From contig MHJF01000006.1 of the NCBI GenBank assembly GCA_001818675.1, positions 3,157 to 67,156 on the forward strand: a stretch of 64,000 bases of DNA, written 5' to 3'. This document shows positions 1 to 9,092 of this stretch, one piece after another. This DNA is from Candidatus Harrisonbacteria bacterium RIFCSPHIGHO2_02_FULL_40_20. Its GTDB lineage: Bacteria; Patescibacteriota; Minisyncoccia; UBA6257; WO2-44-18. The translations under genes were made by a program, and so were the position numbers. Numbering within the stretch: position 1 is the stretch's first letter; every line of letters starts with the position of its first letter. The notes under the pieces are model-generated. The model made no database searches. It was not told the DNA's origin and worked only from the letters and a program-made list of their open reading frames with translations.

Positions 1-20
1 CCTGGATTAAGCCGGATGTT

Positions 21-419
21 ATGAACGGCGTTAATCGGGGAATTGTTAGCAGAATGCCAGCTGATACCATCAAGGGTTGGCATGTTCGGGTGACTGAATG
101 GAATACTCTTAGATTTGTTGTGCGCAGTGGAAATTATGACGTTGCTTGGACTGACACCCATCCGATTTCTGCCGGTCAATGGTATCAAGTCGTGGCTGTT
201 TGGGACGGCGCCAAGCCAATGATTTATGTTAATGGTGTTTTAGATTCAGCTTATGATATTGCAGGCGGACTTAGCACGATTGGTACCGCTGGCCATGCTT
301 ATATTGGTTATGATGAAACTAATAACCGATATTTTGATGGCGCGATTGACGAGGTAAGAATTTATAATAGGGCATTATCAGCTCAAGAAGTTTCCAATCT
401 TTTTAACGCAGAAAACTAA
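21..419 (+). CDS. LamG-like (concanavalin A-like) domain, probably the C-terminus of a larger surface protein starting before the window
   Basis: WYQVVAVWDG..IYVNG and FDGAIDEVRIYNRALS motifs typical of Laminin_G_3 domains. Confidence 0.8.
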   Translation: MNGVNRGIVSRMPADTIKGWHVRVTEWNTLRFVVRSGNYDVAWTDTHPISAGQWYQVVAVWDGAKPMIYVNGVLDSAYDIAGGLSTIGTAGHAYIGYDETNNRYFDGAIDEVRIYNRALSAQEVSNLFNAEN

Positions 420-429
420 GATTTTTAAT

Positions 430-456
430 ATCTATGGACATCCGATGTCCATAGAT
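430..456. repeat. REP-like palindrome downstream of RAYT
   Basis: ATCTATGGACATC-C-GATGTCCATAGAT, perfect 13-bp arms. Confidence 0.85.
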
Positions 457-459
457 TCT

Positions 460-1173
460 TTATTCTAATAAAGTTTCTTTTATATCTTCTAAATTGAGGT
501 GTTTAATCCATTCTTTTATATTTTTTCCATATTCGGTAGTTCCACCAAAATAGTTTAATAAAAATTCTCTTTGGGTAACGGATTGAAAATTTTTCTTTCC
601 TAAATAATCTATATGGCTACTCCAACGGTAATTTTCTAAAAATTGTATTGCTTTGTTATAATCTTTGATTTTTCTTTCTCTCCATTCCGGCGCTATTAAA
701 TCAAGGGGATTTAAATGAATATAATAGGGGATATGTATGAAATGAGCCTCTTGGTTGATGTGCACTAGTTTATATCTACCCTGAAATAAGGCACCGGATC
801 TTTGATATTTTTCATTGAAATATTTTGCATAACCCATATTAATTTTCTTCATAAACTGAGAAATTCCCTGATCATTCAGCGGTCTTAATAAAAGGTGATA
901 ATGATTATTCATTAAACAGAAAGCCAGAATTTCTACAAGTAATTTTCTTGGCTTTCTTTTCGAATCAATATATGGACGTCCGATGTCCATATATTGATTT
1001 TTCTTGTTTTGGCGGAAAAAGTAATTAACATTATTAGCGGACTCTAAATTATTAAATTCAAATAAGTCGTGAATAAATCGGAATCGATCAGAATCATCAA
1101 GAAACAGTTTTCTTTTATCCACGCCCCTATTAAGAACATGGTAAATATTACCAGCCGTACTCTTTCTTTTCAT
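460..1173 (-). mobile_element. REP-associated tyrosine transposase (RAYT / Y1 HUH transposase)
   Basis: YHVLNRG, AFCLMNNHYHLLL (HUH), GALFQGRYK, YIHLNP, YRWSS motifs; flanked by matching palindromes. Confidence 0.9.
963..999. repeat. REP copy in-frame inside the RAYT gene
   Basis: AATCAATATATGGACGTC-C-GATGTCCATATATTGATT, same core as the flanking palindromes. Confidence 0.8.
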
Positions 1174-1202
1174 ATAATATGATTATATATATTTTATAAA
1201 AT

Positions 1203-1233
1203 AAATCTATGGACATCGGATGTCCATAGATTT
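1203..1233. repeat. REP-like palindrome upstream of RAYT
   Basis: AAATCTATGGACATC-G-GATGTCCATAGATTT; central base is the complement of the 430-456 copy (inverted orientation). Confidence 0.85.
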
Positions 1234-1239
1234 GAAATT

Positions 1240-1310
1240 TGGACCTAGGCGGAATTGAACCGCCGTCTCGGCAATGCGAATGCCGCGTTCTGCCACTGAA
1301 CCATAGGCCC
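1240..1310 (-). tRNA. tRNA-Ala(CGC)
   Basis: Cloverleaf GGGCCTA/TAGGTCC-A with G3:U70; anticodon arm CGGCA-TTCGCAT-TGCCG. Confidence 0.93.
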
Positions 1311-2333
1311 TTATCTTTTCGGCAAGTAATAGAACAGCTCTAAAATAATAAGCACAAACCAGCCGACTTGCAAGATAAAAAATAAGACTATTTGAATTAG
1401 TTCCAGCCGTTCATTTTTAGAAATAGAAAAATTCTCCGCAATGATTGTATATAAATTTTTTAAGGAATCTAATTTTTCTTGAACGGATTTCTTCCACTCC
1501 TCAAGTTTAAATTTTTTAGAAATTAGATCATAAAGCCGGGCGGAATACCAATCGCCGATTAATTTAATTTCTCGTTCTAGGGCATTAAATTCCGCGATAG
1601 ATTGAGATTGGAACAAAATGATATCTTTAAATGCTTGGGCGGTTTCTTTTTGACTAAAAAATGTTCTAGGCCGTTTTTGAATAAGCCGATTGGCCTTACT
1701 TAAGCGGCTATCTAGGTCAAAATCCAACATTCGATAGCGCAGTAAATCTAAATTAGTCAGTTGAAAAAGGTCTACCATAGCTTCAATTTGGTCGTTTGGC
1801 TCAAGAATCAACGCGCCGTCCCAATCCACCACCACTAGATCGTTTTTGGCATATTTGAGCTGAGTAGCCAGCGTGTATTCTATTTCTTTTTCATCCAGCG
1901 GCAACGCCTCCGATTTTAAGAATTTTACTATTTCTGCAGAATGTTTTTTTAAAATATCTTCGGGTTCGCCAACATAACCAGAAAGCACAGCTAGAGAATA
2001 TTCTTCGCTTAAATCAAGTTTACCCCCGTAATTTTTAGAAATTTTATGGCAAGCATCTACTAAGGCATCTCGCAATTTAAAAGTATCATTAGAAAAAAGA
2101 TCAGCAACGTCCGCGATAGCCTCTATCATCAAAACATCTGGGCGATATCCTCGGATAGAAAATTTAATCTGCCGTCCCATAACTTGCATAGTTTCCGAGC
2201 CAATTTCAAATTGTTTCGGCATAGAAGACTCATAGTATTGAGGAGCGCTTTGGATCGGCTTAGATTCTAGGGGGTTGCCGGAGCGGAGTTTTGGCGCTTC
2301 AGCTAGGACAAATGATATAAGTTTTGGGGTCAT
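1311..2333 (-). CDS. Hypothetical protein, RMD1/DUF155-like with C-terminal TM helix
   Basis: 340 aa; DLVVVDWDGALI..L..LRY..LD..L pattern and hydrophobic C-terminus. Confidence 0.5.
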   Translation of the reverse strand: MTPKLISFVLAEAPKLRSGNPLESKPIQSAPQYYESSMPKQFEIGSETMQVMGRQIKFSIRGYRPDVLMIEAIADVADLFSNDTFKLRDALVDACHKISKNYGGKLDLSEEYSLAVLSGYVGEPEDILKKHSAEIVKFLKSEALPLDEKEIEYTLATQLKYAKNDLVVVDWDGALILEPNDQIEAMVDLFQLTNLDLLRYRMLDFDLDSRLSKANRLIQKRPRTFFSQKETAQAFKDIILFQSQSIAEFNALEREIKLIGDWYSARLYDLISKKFKLEEWKKSVQEKLDSLKNLYTIIAENFSISKNERLELIQIVLFFILQVGWFVLIILELFYYLPKR

Positions 2334-2479
2334 ATTCGTGATCGAGGGCTCTTTATAAAAATGGCCTTATATAGTATATTTTAACATAGAAAGAGGGGGG
2401 AAGATAAAGCCAAAAGCCCAGTAATAATGAGGATTTTTACGGGATAGGCTGAAACTATTACCCCCCTTAATCGTTATCT

Positions 2480-3031
2480 ATGTTAGAAGGCGAAGATAAG
2501 CTAATAAAGCGAGCCCAAAAAGGTGAGGGGGATTGTTTTGGCGATTTATACGACCATTACTTGCCTCCGCTTTATAGATACATTCTTTTAAGGGTGAGCA
2601 GCAAACAAGAGGCTGAAGATTTAACTCACGAAGTGTTTGTCAGCGCTTGGGAAAATCTGAAGGGCTATCGCTTACGTGGATTTCCGTTTTCTAGCTGGTT
2701 ATATAATATTGCCAGGAATAAAGTGATTGATTATTACCGTACCCGCAAGATTAATGTGGATATTGATGAGGTTGATCCAGATTTATTTAAACTTGCATCT
2801 AGCGTGGAAAAAGAAATAGACTTCGCTTTGGATTTTAAAAAAGTTAAAACCGCAATGTCTAAATTAGGAGAAGAACAGCAAGATGTTTTGATAATGCGTT
2901 TTGTAGATGATCTATCCCATAGAGAAATTGCCGTGGCAATGGAAAAGACAGAGGGAGCAGTACGCTTAGTACAACACAGGGCGCTGCAATCATTAAGAGA
3001 AATTTTAGAACATGGAAGACCAAATAATTAA
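2480..3031 (+). CDS. ECF RNA polymerase sigma factor
   Basis: AEDLTHEVF..AW, FSSWLYNIARNKVIDYYR (region 2), LSHREIA..GAVRLVQHRAL (region 4). Confidence 0.92.
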   Translation: MLEGEDKLIKRAQKGEGDCFGDLYDHYLPPLYRYILLRVSSKQEAEDLTHEVFVSAWENLKGYRLRGFPFSSWLYNIARNKVIDYYRTRKINVDIDEVDPDLFKLASSVEKEIDFALDFKKVKTAMSKLGEEQQDVLIMRFVDDLSHREIAVAMEKTEGAVRLVQHRALQSLREILEHGRPNN

Positions 3032-3443
3032 AATTTTACAGTCTGCTCATAAATTAGAGCCAGACCAAGCATTTAAGAACCGTTCTCGCGCGTTGATTTT
3101 GAATCTGCCCAAACCAAAAAAATCGATTTTACGTTTTGGTATTTTTGAAAGCTTGCAGTTCGGCGCTGCCATTGGTTTTGCCACCATTCTTTTATTTGTT
3201 TTGGCCGGTGGACTTACTTATTTTATAGCCAGAGTTTCGCCAACGTTATTGGCAAGTTTTGACGAAAAGGGTTTATTAGAAGAAGCTTCCGGATTAGATT
3301 TTAGAATTCAGCTTGGCGAAGCTAAATATTTTGATGATTCTGCTCAACAGATCGCTGCGGTTTTAGAAGAAATTTCTAAGCAAAATAAAAAAGATAAAAA
3401 TAGTAATTCCGAGGATATTAATCTGAATTCTTTTATATTATAA
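3012..3443 (+). CDS. Putative membrane anti-sigma factor
   Basis: Overlaps the ECF sigma stop; one TM segment. Confidence 0.55.
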   Translation: MEDQIIKILQSAHKLEPDQAFKNRSRALILNLPKPKKSILRFGIFESLQFGAAIGFATILLFVLAGGLTYFIARVSPTLLASFDEKGLLEEASGLDFRIQLGEAKYFDDSAQQIAAVLEEISKQNKKDKNSNSEDINLNSFIL

Positions 3444-3565
3444 GTCCCGTTAGAGACGGGTCGCCAAAGGCGACCGTAACTCGGCCGTTTTAATAAAAAT
3501 CGACTTTTTATGATTAAAATTAAACAATATTGCAGAAATCATAGATTGGTTGTCTCTAGCGGGAT
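3444..3565 (-). mobile_element. MITE-like element family A, copy 1
   Basis: Terminal inverted repeats TCCCGTTAGAGAC/GTCTCTAGCGGGA; reverse complement aligns over its full length with 31431-31552. Confidence 0.85.
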
Positions 3566-3566
3566 A

Positions 3567-4346
3567 ATGTTTTTACTGGTTTTATTACCGGTTTTTTGGG
3601 TTCATCCCACGAATGCCCAATCCGAAGATTTAAAGACCGCTAAAGAAGCGGTTCAGCAAAGCTATGATAAATTAGTGGAAGTTCAGGGCGAGCAGACGTT
3701 AACTAAAGAAGAACAAGCTAAACAAGAGTTAGAAGCTTTAATTGCCGCTTTAAAAGAAGTTGTGCAATTTACCATTACTGAAACTGAAAGTTTAATTCAG
3801 CATTTATCGGCTATTAAGGGATTATCTGTAGAAACCGCCAAATTACAATTAGATTATTTAAAAGAATTAGACGAATTTTTAATTTATCAGCAAGAATTTT
3901 TGATTAAAATAACTCCTCAAGAAGAGGTTGGAGCCTTGACCTTAGTTGAGATTAAACAATTAGCTTTAGATTTTAAAAATTGGAGAGAAACGGTTTATGA
4001 TCCTGAAATTAAAAAGATAGTTAGTTTTATTATGGTATTTAAGGGTTCCGAGCTATTGAGTATAGCGACTAGCCGTTTTAATAAAATTGCTTTGGATTTG
4101 CGGCTATTCCAAAATTCAAAGTTAATTAAAGTAGATCTTTTGATGCCAGTATTACAGCAAGCCGGCGATTATTTGAAAGAGGCATCAAAATTAAATCAAG
4201 TAGCAATAAAATCTTTATTAGCTACTTCCACTGATCCAGTAGATACTAATAAATTAGTGGAGCGGGTGGTTGGGCTTATTAAATCTTCTTACGGCAAATT
4301 TTTAGAGATGAGTTCTTTGGTGAAGAAGATGCTTAATATCCAGTAA
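3567..4346 (+). CDS. Secreted helical hypothetical protein
   Basis: The ORF-track start (3510) lies inside the MITE; ATG 3567 gives signal peptide MFLLVLLPVFWVHPTNA. Confidence 0.65.
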   Translation: MFLLVLLPVFWVHPTNAQSEDLKTAKEAVQQSYDKLVEVQGEQTLTKEEQAKQELEALIAALKEVVQFTITETESLIQHLSAIKGLSVETAKLQLDYLKELDEFLIYQQEFLIKITPQEEVGALTLVEIKQLALDFKNWRETVYDPEIKKIVSFIMVFKGSELLSIATSRFNKIALDLRLFQNSKLIKVDLLMPVLQQAGDYLKEASKLNQVAIKSLLATSTDPVDTNKLVERVVGLIKSSYGKFLEMSSLVKKMLNIQ

Positions 4347-4355
4347 TTAAGAGAC

Positions 4356-4387
4356 AACAAAAAATTCCCATTAGGGGAATTTTTGTT
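4356..4387. terminator. Bidirectional intrinsic terminator
   Basis: AACAAAAAATTCCC-ATTAG-GGGAATTTTTGTT between convergent genes. Confidence 0.7.
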
Positions 4388-4402
4388 TTGATCTTGAAAA
4401 TT

Positions 4403-4681
4403 TTATTTATTCACAGCTTCTTTTAGAGCCTTACCAGCGCGGAATTTTGGTTTGATGGAGGCGGCGATTTGAATTTTTACGCCGGTCTTAGGATTGATAC
4501 CCATGCGGGCAGCTCGCTTGGCAACTTTGAAAGTGCCAAAGCCGGTAAAAGCAACTTCCTCGCCTCGGCTTAGCGCTTTGACGACCGTATCTAATAAGGC
4601 ATCTACTACGGTTTGGGCCTGTTTTTTGCTTTCTAATCCAGCGGTTTTCATCACTGCGTCTACAACATCATCTTTTTTCAT
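4403..4681 (-). CDS. hup: DNA-binding protein HU
   Basis: GFGTFKVAKRAARMGINPKTG..IQIAASIKPKFRAGKALK. Confidence 0.96.
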   Translation of the reverse strand: MKKDDVVDAVMKTAGLESKKQAQTVVDALLDTVVKALSRGEEVAFTGFGTFKVAKRAARMGINPKTGVKIQIAASIKPKFRAGKALKEAVNK

Positions 4682-4838
4682 ATACTTAAGATTTATAATA
4701 CGAACTATACGAAATTTATACGAATGACACAATTTTTTTGTTCGTGTTATTCGTGTTTAGTTCGCGTTGTTGGTATTATTATTTCCCCTCGACCTTTTTT
4801 AAATAGGTTTTAATATCTTGGTTTTATTATAACAAATG

Positions 4839-6299
4839 CTACCTGGCGTATTCTACCGCTCTAGTCTCTCTCACCACATTAACTTTAATTTCTCCCGGGT
4901 ATTTCATTTCGGTTTGAATTTTATGGGCGATATCTTTGGCTAATTGAAACGCGCCAAAGTCATCAATTTTTTCTGGCACTACGAAGACTCGGATTTCCCG
5001 GCCGGCGGATAAGGCATAGACGGTTTTTACGCCCGCAAAGCCAGAGGCGATTTTTTCCAATTCTTCCAAGCGTTTCAGATAGTTTTCTACGGTATCGCGC
5101 CGGGCGCCGGGACGGGCGGCGGAGATAATATCTGCGGCGGCTACGACAAAAGATTCTGGGGTGGCGAAAGGATATTCTTCATGATGAGCCTCCATAGCCT
5201 GGACTACCTCATCTTTAATGCCATATTTTTGAAGTATTTTTCGCCCCAGTTCCACATGGGTTCCTTCCACTTCATGGCTGATGGCTTTTCCGATATCGTG
5301 CAATAAAGCGCCCTTTTTCGCTGTTTCCACGTTCATTTTTAGTTCTGCGGCGATAATGCCGGAAATGTGGGCCATTTCCACGGAGTGCACTAAAACGTTC
5401 TGGCCATAGCTGGTTCGGAAATGCAGTTTGCCTAAAAGCTGGAGCAGTTCTTTTGGCAAATCAATAATTCCTACTTCTAAAGCGGATTGTTCACCAATTT
5501 CTATCATCCGTTTGTTAAGTTCTTGGCGGGCTTCCTCTACTTTTTCTTCAATTTTTGCTGGCTGAATTCGGCCGTCTTTAATTAATTTTTCTAATGCCAT
5601 TCGGGCAATTTCGCGTCGAACTGGATCAAAAGAAGAAATTATAATACTTTCCGGCGCCTCATCAATCACCAGCTCAACGCCAGTGGCTTTTTCTAGCGTA
5701 CGGATATTTCTGCCTTCGCGGCCAATAATTTTTCCTTTGATTTCTTCGTTAGGAAGCTGGAAAGAAGTAGTGGTGATATCGGCAACGTGGGATCGAGAAT
5801 AACGTTGGATTGCCCCAGTAATTATTTCCAACGATTTTTTTTCTATTTCTTCTTTTCTATCTTTTTCTAGTTTTTGGATAGTTTTTACGATTTCTTCCTG
5901 ATGACTTTGCTCTAGCATTTTCATAAGTTGCGCTAGGGCATCTTTGGCAGTTAAACCGGCGATTTTTTCAAGATCCGCCATGGTTCTTTTTCGTAATTCG
6001 CTTACTTCAAATTTATCGTTTTCTAAAGTTTTTTCTTCTTTTTCTAAGCGACTTTCTTTAAACCGAATATCGCTGGAATATTTTTCCAGCGTTTCTTCTT
6101 TTTTAATCAGCCGTTCTTCTAGGCGATCTAGCTGACTCTTTTTTTCTTGCCCTTCTTTTTTGGCCTCCTCTAGGAGTTGGGCGGCCTTTTGTTCAAGCGA
6201 TTTAGCTTTTTGGGAGGAGAGTAAGTAGTTTGCGAAGTAGCCTACGGCTAAGCCTAATACAAGAAATCCCCCCGCTGTTAATAGGGTTATTGAGTCCAT
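4839..6299 (-). CDS. rny: Ribonuclease Y
   Basis: N-terminal TM, coiled coil, KH (KGKIIGREGRNIR) and HD (LLHDIGK) domains. Confidence 0.97.
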   Translation of the reverse strand: MDSITLLTAGGFLVLGLAVGYFANYLLSSQKAKSLEQKAAQLLEEAKKEGQEKKSQLDRLEERLIKKEETLEKYSSDIRFKESRLEKEEKTLENDKFEVSELRKRTMADLEKIAGLTAKDALAQLMKMLEQSHQEEIVKTIQKLEKDRKEEIEKKSLEIITGAIQRYSRSHVADITTTSFQLPNEEIKGKIIGREGRNIRTLEKATGVELVIDEAPESIIISSFDPVRREIARMALEKLIKDGRIQPAKIEEKVEEARQELNKRMIEIGEQSALEVGIIDLPKELLQLLGKLHFRTSYGQNVLVHSVEMAHISGIIAAELKMNVETAKKGALLHDIGKAISHEVEGTHVELGRKILQKYGIKDEVVQAMEAHHEEYPFATPESFVVAAADIISAARPGARRDTVENYLKRLEELEKIASGFAGVKTVYALSAGREIRVFVVPEKIDDFGAFQLAKDIAHKIQTEMKYPGEIKVNVVRETRAVEYAR

Positions 6300-6446
6300 A
6301 AACGAAATATTGTTTTATAATTTGCATCGACGTGTTAATTCTACCTTCTTGCTTTATTGCTGTCAATTTGTTATAATCGTTTATAGAGTGAGTGTTAGTA
6401 TTCCTTGACGATGATATCGACCAAGGAATGTCTTAACAAATTGTGG

Positions 6447-6476
6447 CTAAAAGACCCGCTTCGGCGGGTCTTTTAG
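6447..6476. terminator. Intrinsic terminator hairpin
   Basis: CTAAAAGACCCGC-TTCG-GCGGGTCTTTTAG. Confidence 0.8.
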
Positions 6477-6517
6477 TTTGCGGCAAAAACCTTTCTGTTT
6501 TAATATTAATTTATTGG

Positions 6518-6806
6518 ATTATCCTGTAGAACTGCTAGTCTGTGTGTTGTGCATTAGGCGCCCTAAGGGGCTGCATAGACGCGCACTCACTTAACACCCC
6601 GCACTAAAAATTGGATTGCCCTTTGGAGTCGCCAGGACGCGCACTCACTTAACACAATTTGTATAAGAGGTCACCACTGGCGATTCCATAGGACAATTCA
6701 ATTGATCCAATTTTAGTGACGGGGCAGGCAATTTTGTATTAGGAGGTCACCACATGCAGCCCCTTAGGTTGCTTAGGTGTTGTTGCTGGCAGTTCCATAG
6801 GGCAAT
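6518..6806. mobile_element. Nested palindromic element containing a shorter copy of itself
   Basis: Outer arms ATTATCCTGTAGAACTGCTAG/CTGGCAGTTCCATAGGGCAAT; GACGCGCACTCACTTAACAC at 6578 and 6636; inner carrier arms CCCGCACTAAAAATTGG/CCAATTTTAGTGACGGG. Confidence 0.7.
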
Positions 6807-7767
6807 GCAAGATTCTCTTTCTATGTTTCAATCCGAGGTTAATTTAAAGCACCTCAGCAATTATAAAATTGGCGGCGGAGCAGATTATTTTTTTAGCGCC
6901 AAAGATATTCAGAGACTAATCGGGGCTGTAGCCGTAGCTGAAAAAAACAACCTGCCAATTTTTATTTTAGGCGGAGGCACCAATCTGCTTATTAATGATG
7001 GCGGCTTTAAAGGGTTGGTATTAAAACCCGATATTAAAAAATTAGAAATTGAAAAATCGGATAAAGAGCAGGTATTAGTCAGGGTGGGCTCTGGCATTTT
7101 GGTTACGGAATTTTTGAATTTTTTGATTAGCAATTCTTTATCCGGAATGGAGTGGGCTGGAGGTTTGCCGGGTACTGTTGGTGGCGCAATTCGAGGTAAT
7201 GCCGGAGCTTTTACTGGCGAAACTAAGGATGCGGTAGCGGAGGTAGTGAGTTTAGATATTTCCAAGAAGCAGCCTAAAATAATTCGTCGCGATAATAAAG
7301 AATGTAAATTTGGATACCGAAATAGCATATTTAAAATTAATGATGGAAGAGAAATAATTACGGAAGCTGTTTTTTATTTTCAGAGAGGAGATAAACAAGC
7401 GATTAAGAAATTGGTGGAAGAAAAAATCAATTATCGCCGTTCTCGGCATCCTATGGAATATCCGAATATCGGCAGTATTTTTAAAAATGTTGATTTAAGG
7501 TTGATTCCTAAAAATAAACAAAAAAACTTTGCTAATATAGTTAAAAAGGATCCCTTTCCGGTTATTCCTACTGCTTATTTAATTTCTGAAGCTGGATTAA
7601 GGGGTGTGAGTTATGGCGGAGCAATGATTTCTCCTAAGCACCCTAATTTTATAGTGAATGCTTTGGACGCGAATGCCAAAGATGTAAAAACGCTTATCAA
7701 TTTAGTGAAGGCTTCAGTTAAAAGAAAATTTGGAGTAAGTTTAGAAGAGGAAATTATTTATGTGTAG
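6805..7767 (+). CDS. murB: UDP-N-acetylenolpyruvoylglucosamine reductase
   Basis: KIGGGA, GGGTNLLI, GLPGTVGGAIRGNAGA, FGYRNS, GSIFKN, HPNFIVN; start is 6805 or 6823 because the track start lies in a repeat. Confidence 0.95.
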   Translation: MQDSLSMFQSEVNLKHLSNYKIGGGADYFFSAKDIQRLIGAVAVAEKNNLPIFILGGGTNLLINDGGFKGLVLKPDIKKLEIEKSDKEQVLVRVGSGILVTEFLNFLISNSLSGMEWAGGLPGTVGGAIRGNAGAFTGETKDAVAEVVSLDISKKQPKIIRRDNKECKFGYRNSIFKINDGREIITEAVFYFQRGDKQAIKKLVEEKINYRRSRHPMEYPNIGSIFKNVDLRLIPKNKQKNFANIVKKDPFPVIPTAYLISEAGLRGVSYGGAMISPKHPNFIVNALDANAKDVKTLINLVKASVKRKFGVSLEEEIIYV

Positions 7768-7874
7768 GGGTTAGGGTATGGCCAAAAGCCAATAGGTTAT
7801 AATGAAGTTTTGAAAATGCTACACGGTCTTAATAAATCACTATTGGCTAAACCCTAGACCCTATTGGTTATATT

Positions 7875-8237
7875 ATGAAAATAAATATAAAATACTCTAA
7901 CTTAGATTCTACGCTGGCGATTGAGGAATATATTAATCAGAAGATTGGCGCGCTGGAAAAATTTGTTGAGGCCTTAGATAAAAAAGGCGCCGTTAAAGCG
8001 CGAGTAGAAATTGCGCGTACCACTAAGCATCATCAAAAAGGCGAGGTTTATCATGCGGAGTGTAACTTAGAATTGCCCGGAAAGTTATTGCGCGCGGAAG
8101 CTGAAAATTGGGATATTCGTTTAGCGATAGATGAAATAAGAGATATTCTGGCTTTAGAAATTAAACAATATAGCGAAAAGTTTCGGCCGCAGGACGGCAG
8201 GGGACAGGAAAAGTTGCGTAACTTGCGTGGGAAATAA
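7875..8237 (+). CDS. hpf: Ribosome hibernation factor HPF/RaiA
   Basis: S30AE pattern: TLAIEEYINQKI..L, AE.NL.LPG..LRAE..D...AID. Confidence 0.88.
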   Translation: MKINIKYSNLDSTLAIEEYINQKIGALEKFVEALDKKGAVKARVEIARTTKHHQKGEVYHAECNLELPGKLLRAEAENWDIRLAIDEIRDILALEIKQYSEKFRPQDGRGQEKLRNLRGK

Positions 8238-8276
8238 AAAACCCGCTCCGATGTTCTGGAGCGGGTTGATGATTTT

Positions 8277-8600
8277 TTATATTTCCGGAAGATTTTCTGG
8301 ATTCACAATTTGAGGCGCGATGGTTTCTGTGTTCCAGTTGATTCGGCCTTCTGCGTGAAGTTGGTTCAGTATGCGGGCGATCTTTGTCGCTTTGAACCAG
8401 TCGTGGAGGTCGTGGAAATTACTTGGTGAATTTCTGGGTATTGCGCAATATGATGTGACCCCTGTTCGGAACGTGCCAGCAACTGCAAAATCACGGATTG
8501 TCGGATTTTTGAGATCGTGGCGATCATCCACGAAAAAAGGTGGTTTGGCCGGATCTCTTTGTTTCGGCCACACTGACAGAACCTCTATGAGTTCGTCCAT
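8277..8600 (-). CDS. Hypothetical protein, paralog of 8617-8979
   Basis: RBS AAGGAGA before ATG 8600; shared motifs with the neighbouring gene. Confidence 0.65.
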   Translation of the reverse strand: MDELIEVLSVWPKQRDPAKPPFFVDDRHDLKNPTIRDFAVAGTFRTGVTSYCAIPRNSPSNFHDLHDWFKATKIARILNQLHAEGRINWNTETIAPQIVNPENLPEI

Positions 8601-8616
8601 GTTAGGTCTCCTTAGG

Positions 8617-8979
8617 TTACCGAGTTGAGGATTCAAAAATTTGGTTAGTTTCGGCAGCCATTGCGGAGATCAGATCTCCTTTTTCTTGAGATTCACCGTC
8701 TTGAATGATTTTTGGAAGCGCATTACTCCAATCAATTTGCCCCTTTTTATGAAGACGATTCAAGTGTTTTGCCGCTTCCTCGGCTTGCTGAAGATTAGTC
8801 CAATTAAGCCAAGATTTATCTTTAACGTTGGTTGGTATTGCCGTAAGGCAAGTTGAGCCATCAGGAAAAGTTCCGGCAATCACACATCGTTTTATTTCAT
8901 CTTCAAAAACAAAAAATGGGATAGTCGGGTCGCGCTTGCGCGGCCAGAGAACACAAACCTCAATCGGAGATTCGAGCAT
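8617..8979 (-). CDS. Hypothetical protein, paralog of 8277-8600
   Basis: RBS AAGGGAG; IEV..WP..RDP..PFF..AGTF..G.T...AIP motif. Confidence 0.65.
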   Translation of the reverse strand: MLESPIEVCVLWPRKRDPTIPFFVFEDEIKRCVIAGTFPDGSTCLTAIPTNVKDKSWLNWTNLQQAEEAAKHLNRLHKKGQIDWSNALPKIIQDGESQEKGDLISAMAAETNQIFESSTR

Positions 8980-9092
8980 AACAGCTCCCTTCGGTTTAAA
9001 TAAAGTTTGCGAAGAACTAGCTATATTCTATCACATTATAATAATTTGTCAATCAGGGTCATCTCGGCTTATACTAATAAGACTTACTTTCA

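Noticed and set aside
6578-6655. 20-bp direct repeat with a 38-bp spacer resembling a mini-CRISPR
   Set aside because: Only two copies, no cas genes, and better explained by nested elements.
6754-6804. N-terminal extensions of murB, pilC (31473), the pilin (33035) and the 3510 ORF
   Set aside because: They are translated repeat sequence; downstream starts fit better.
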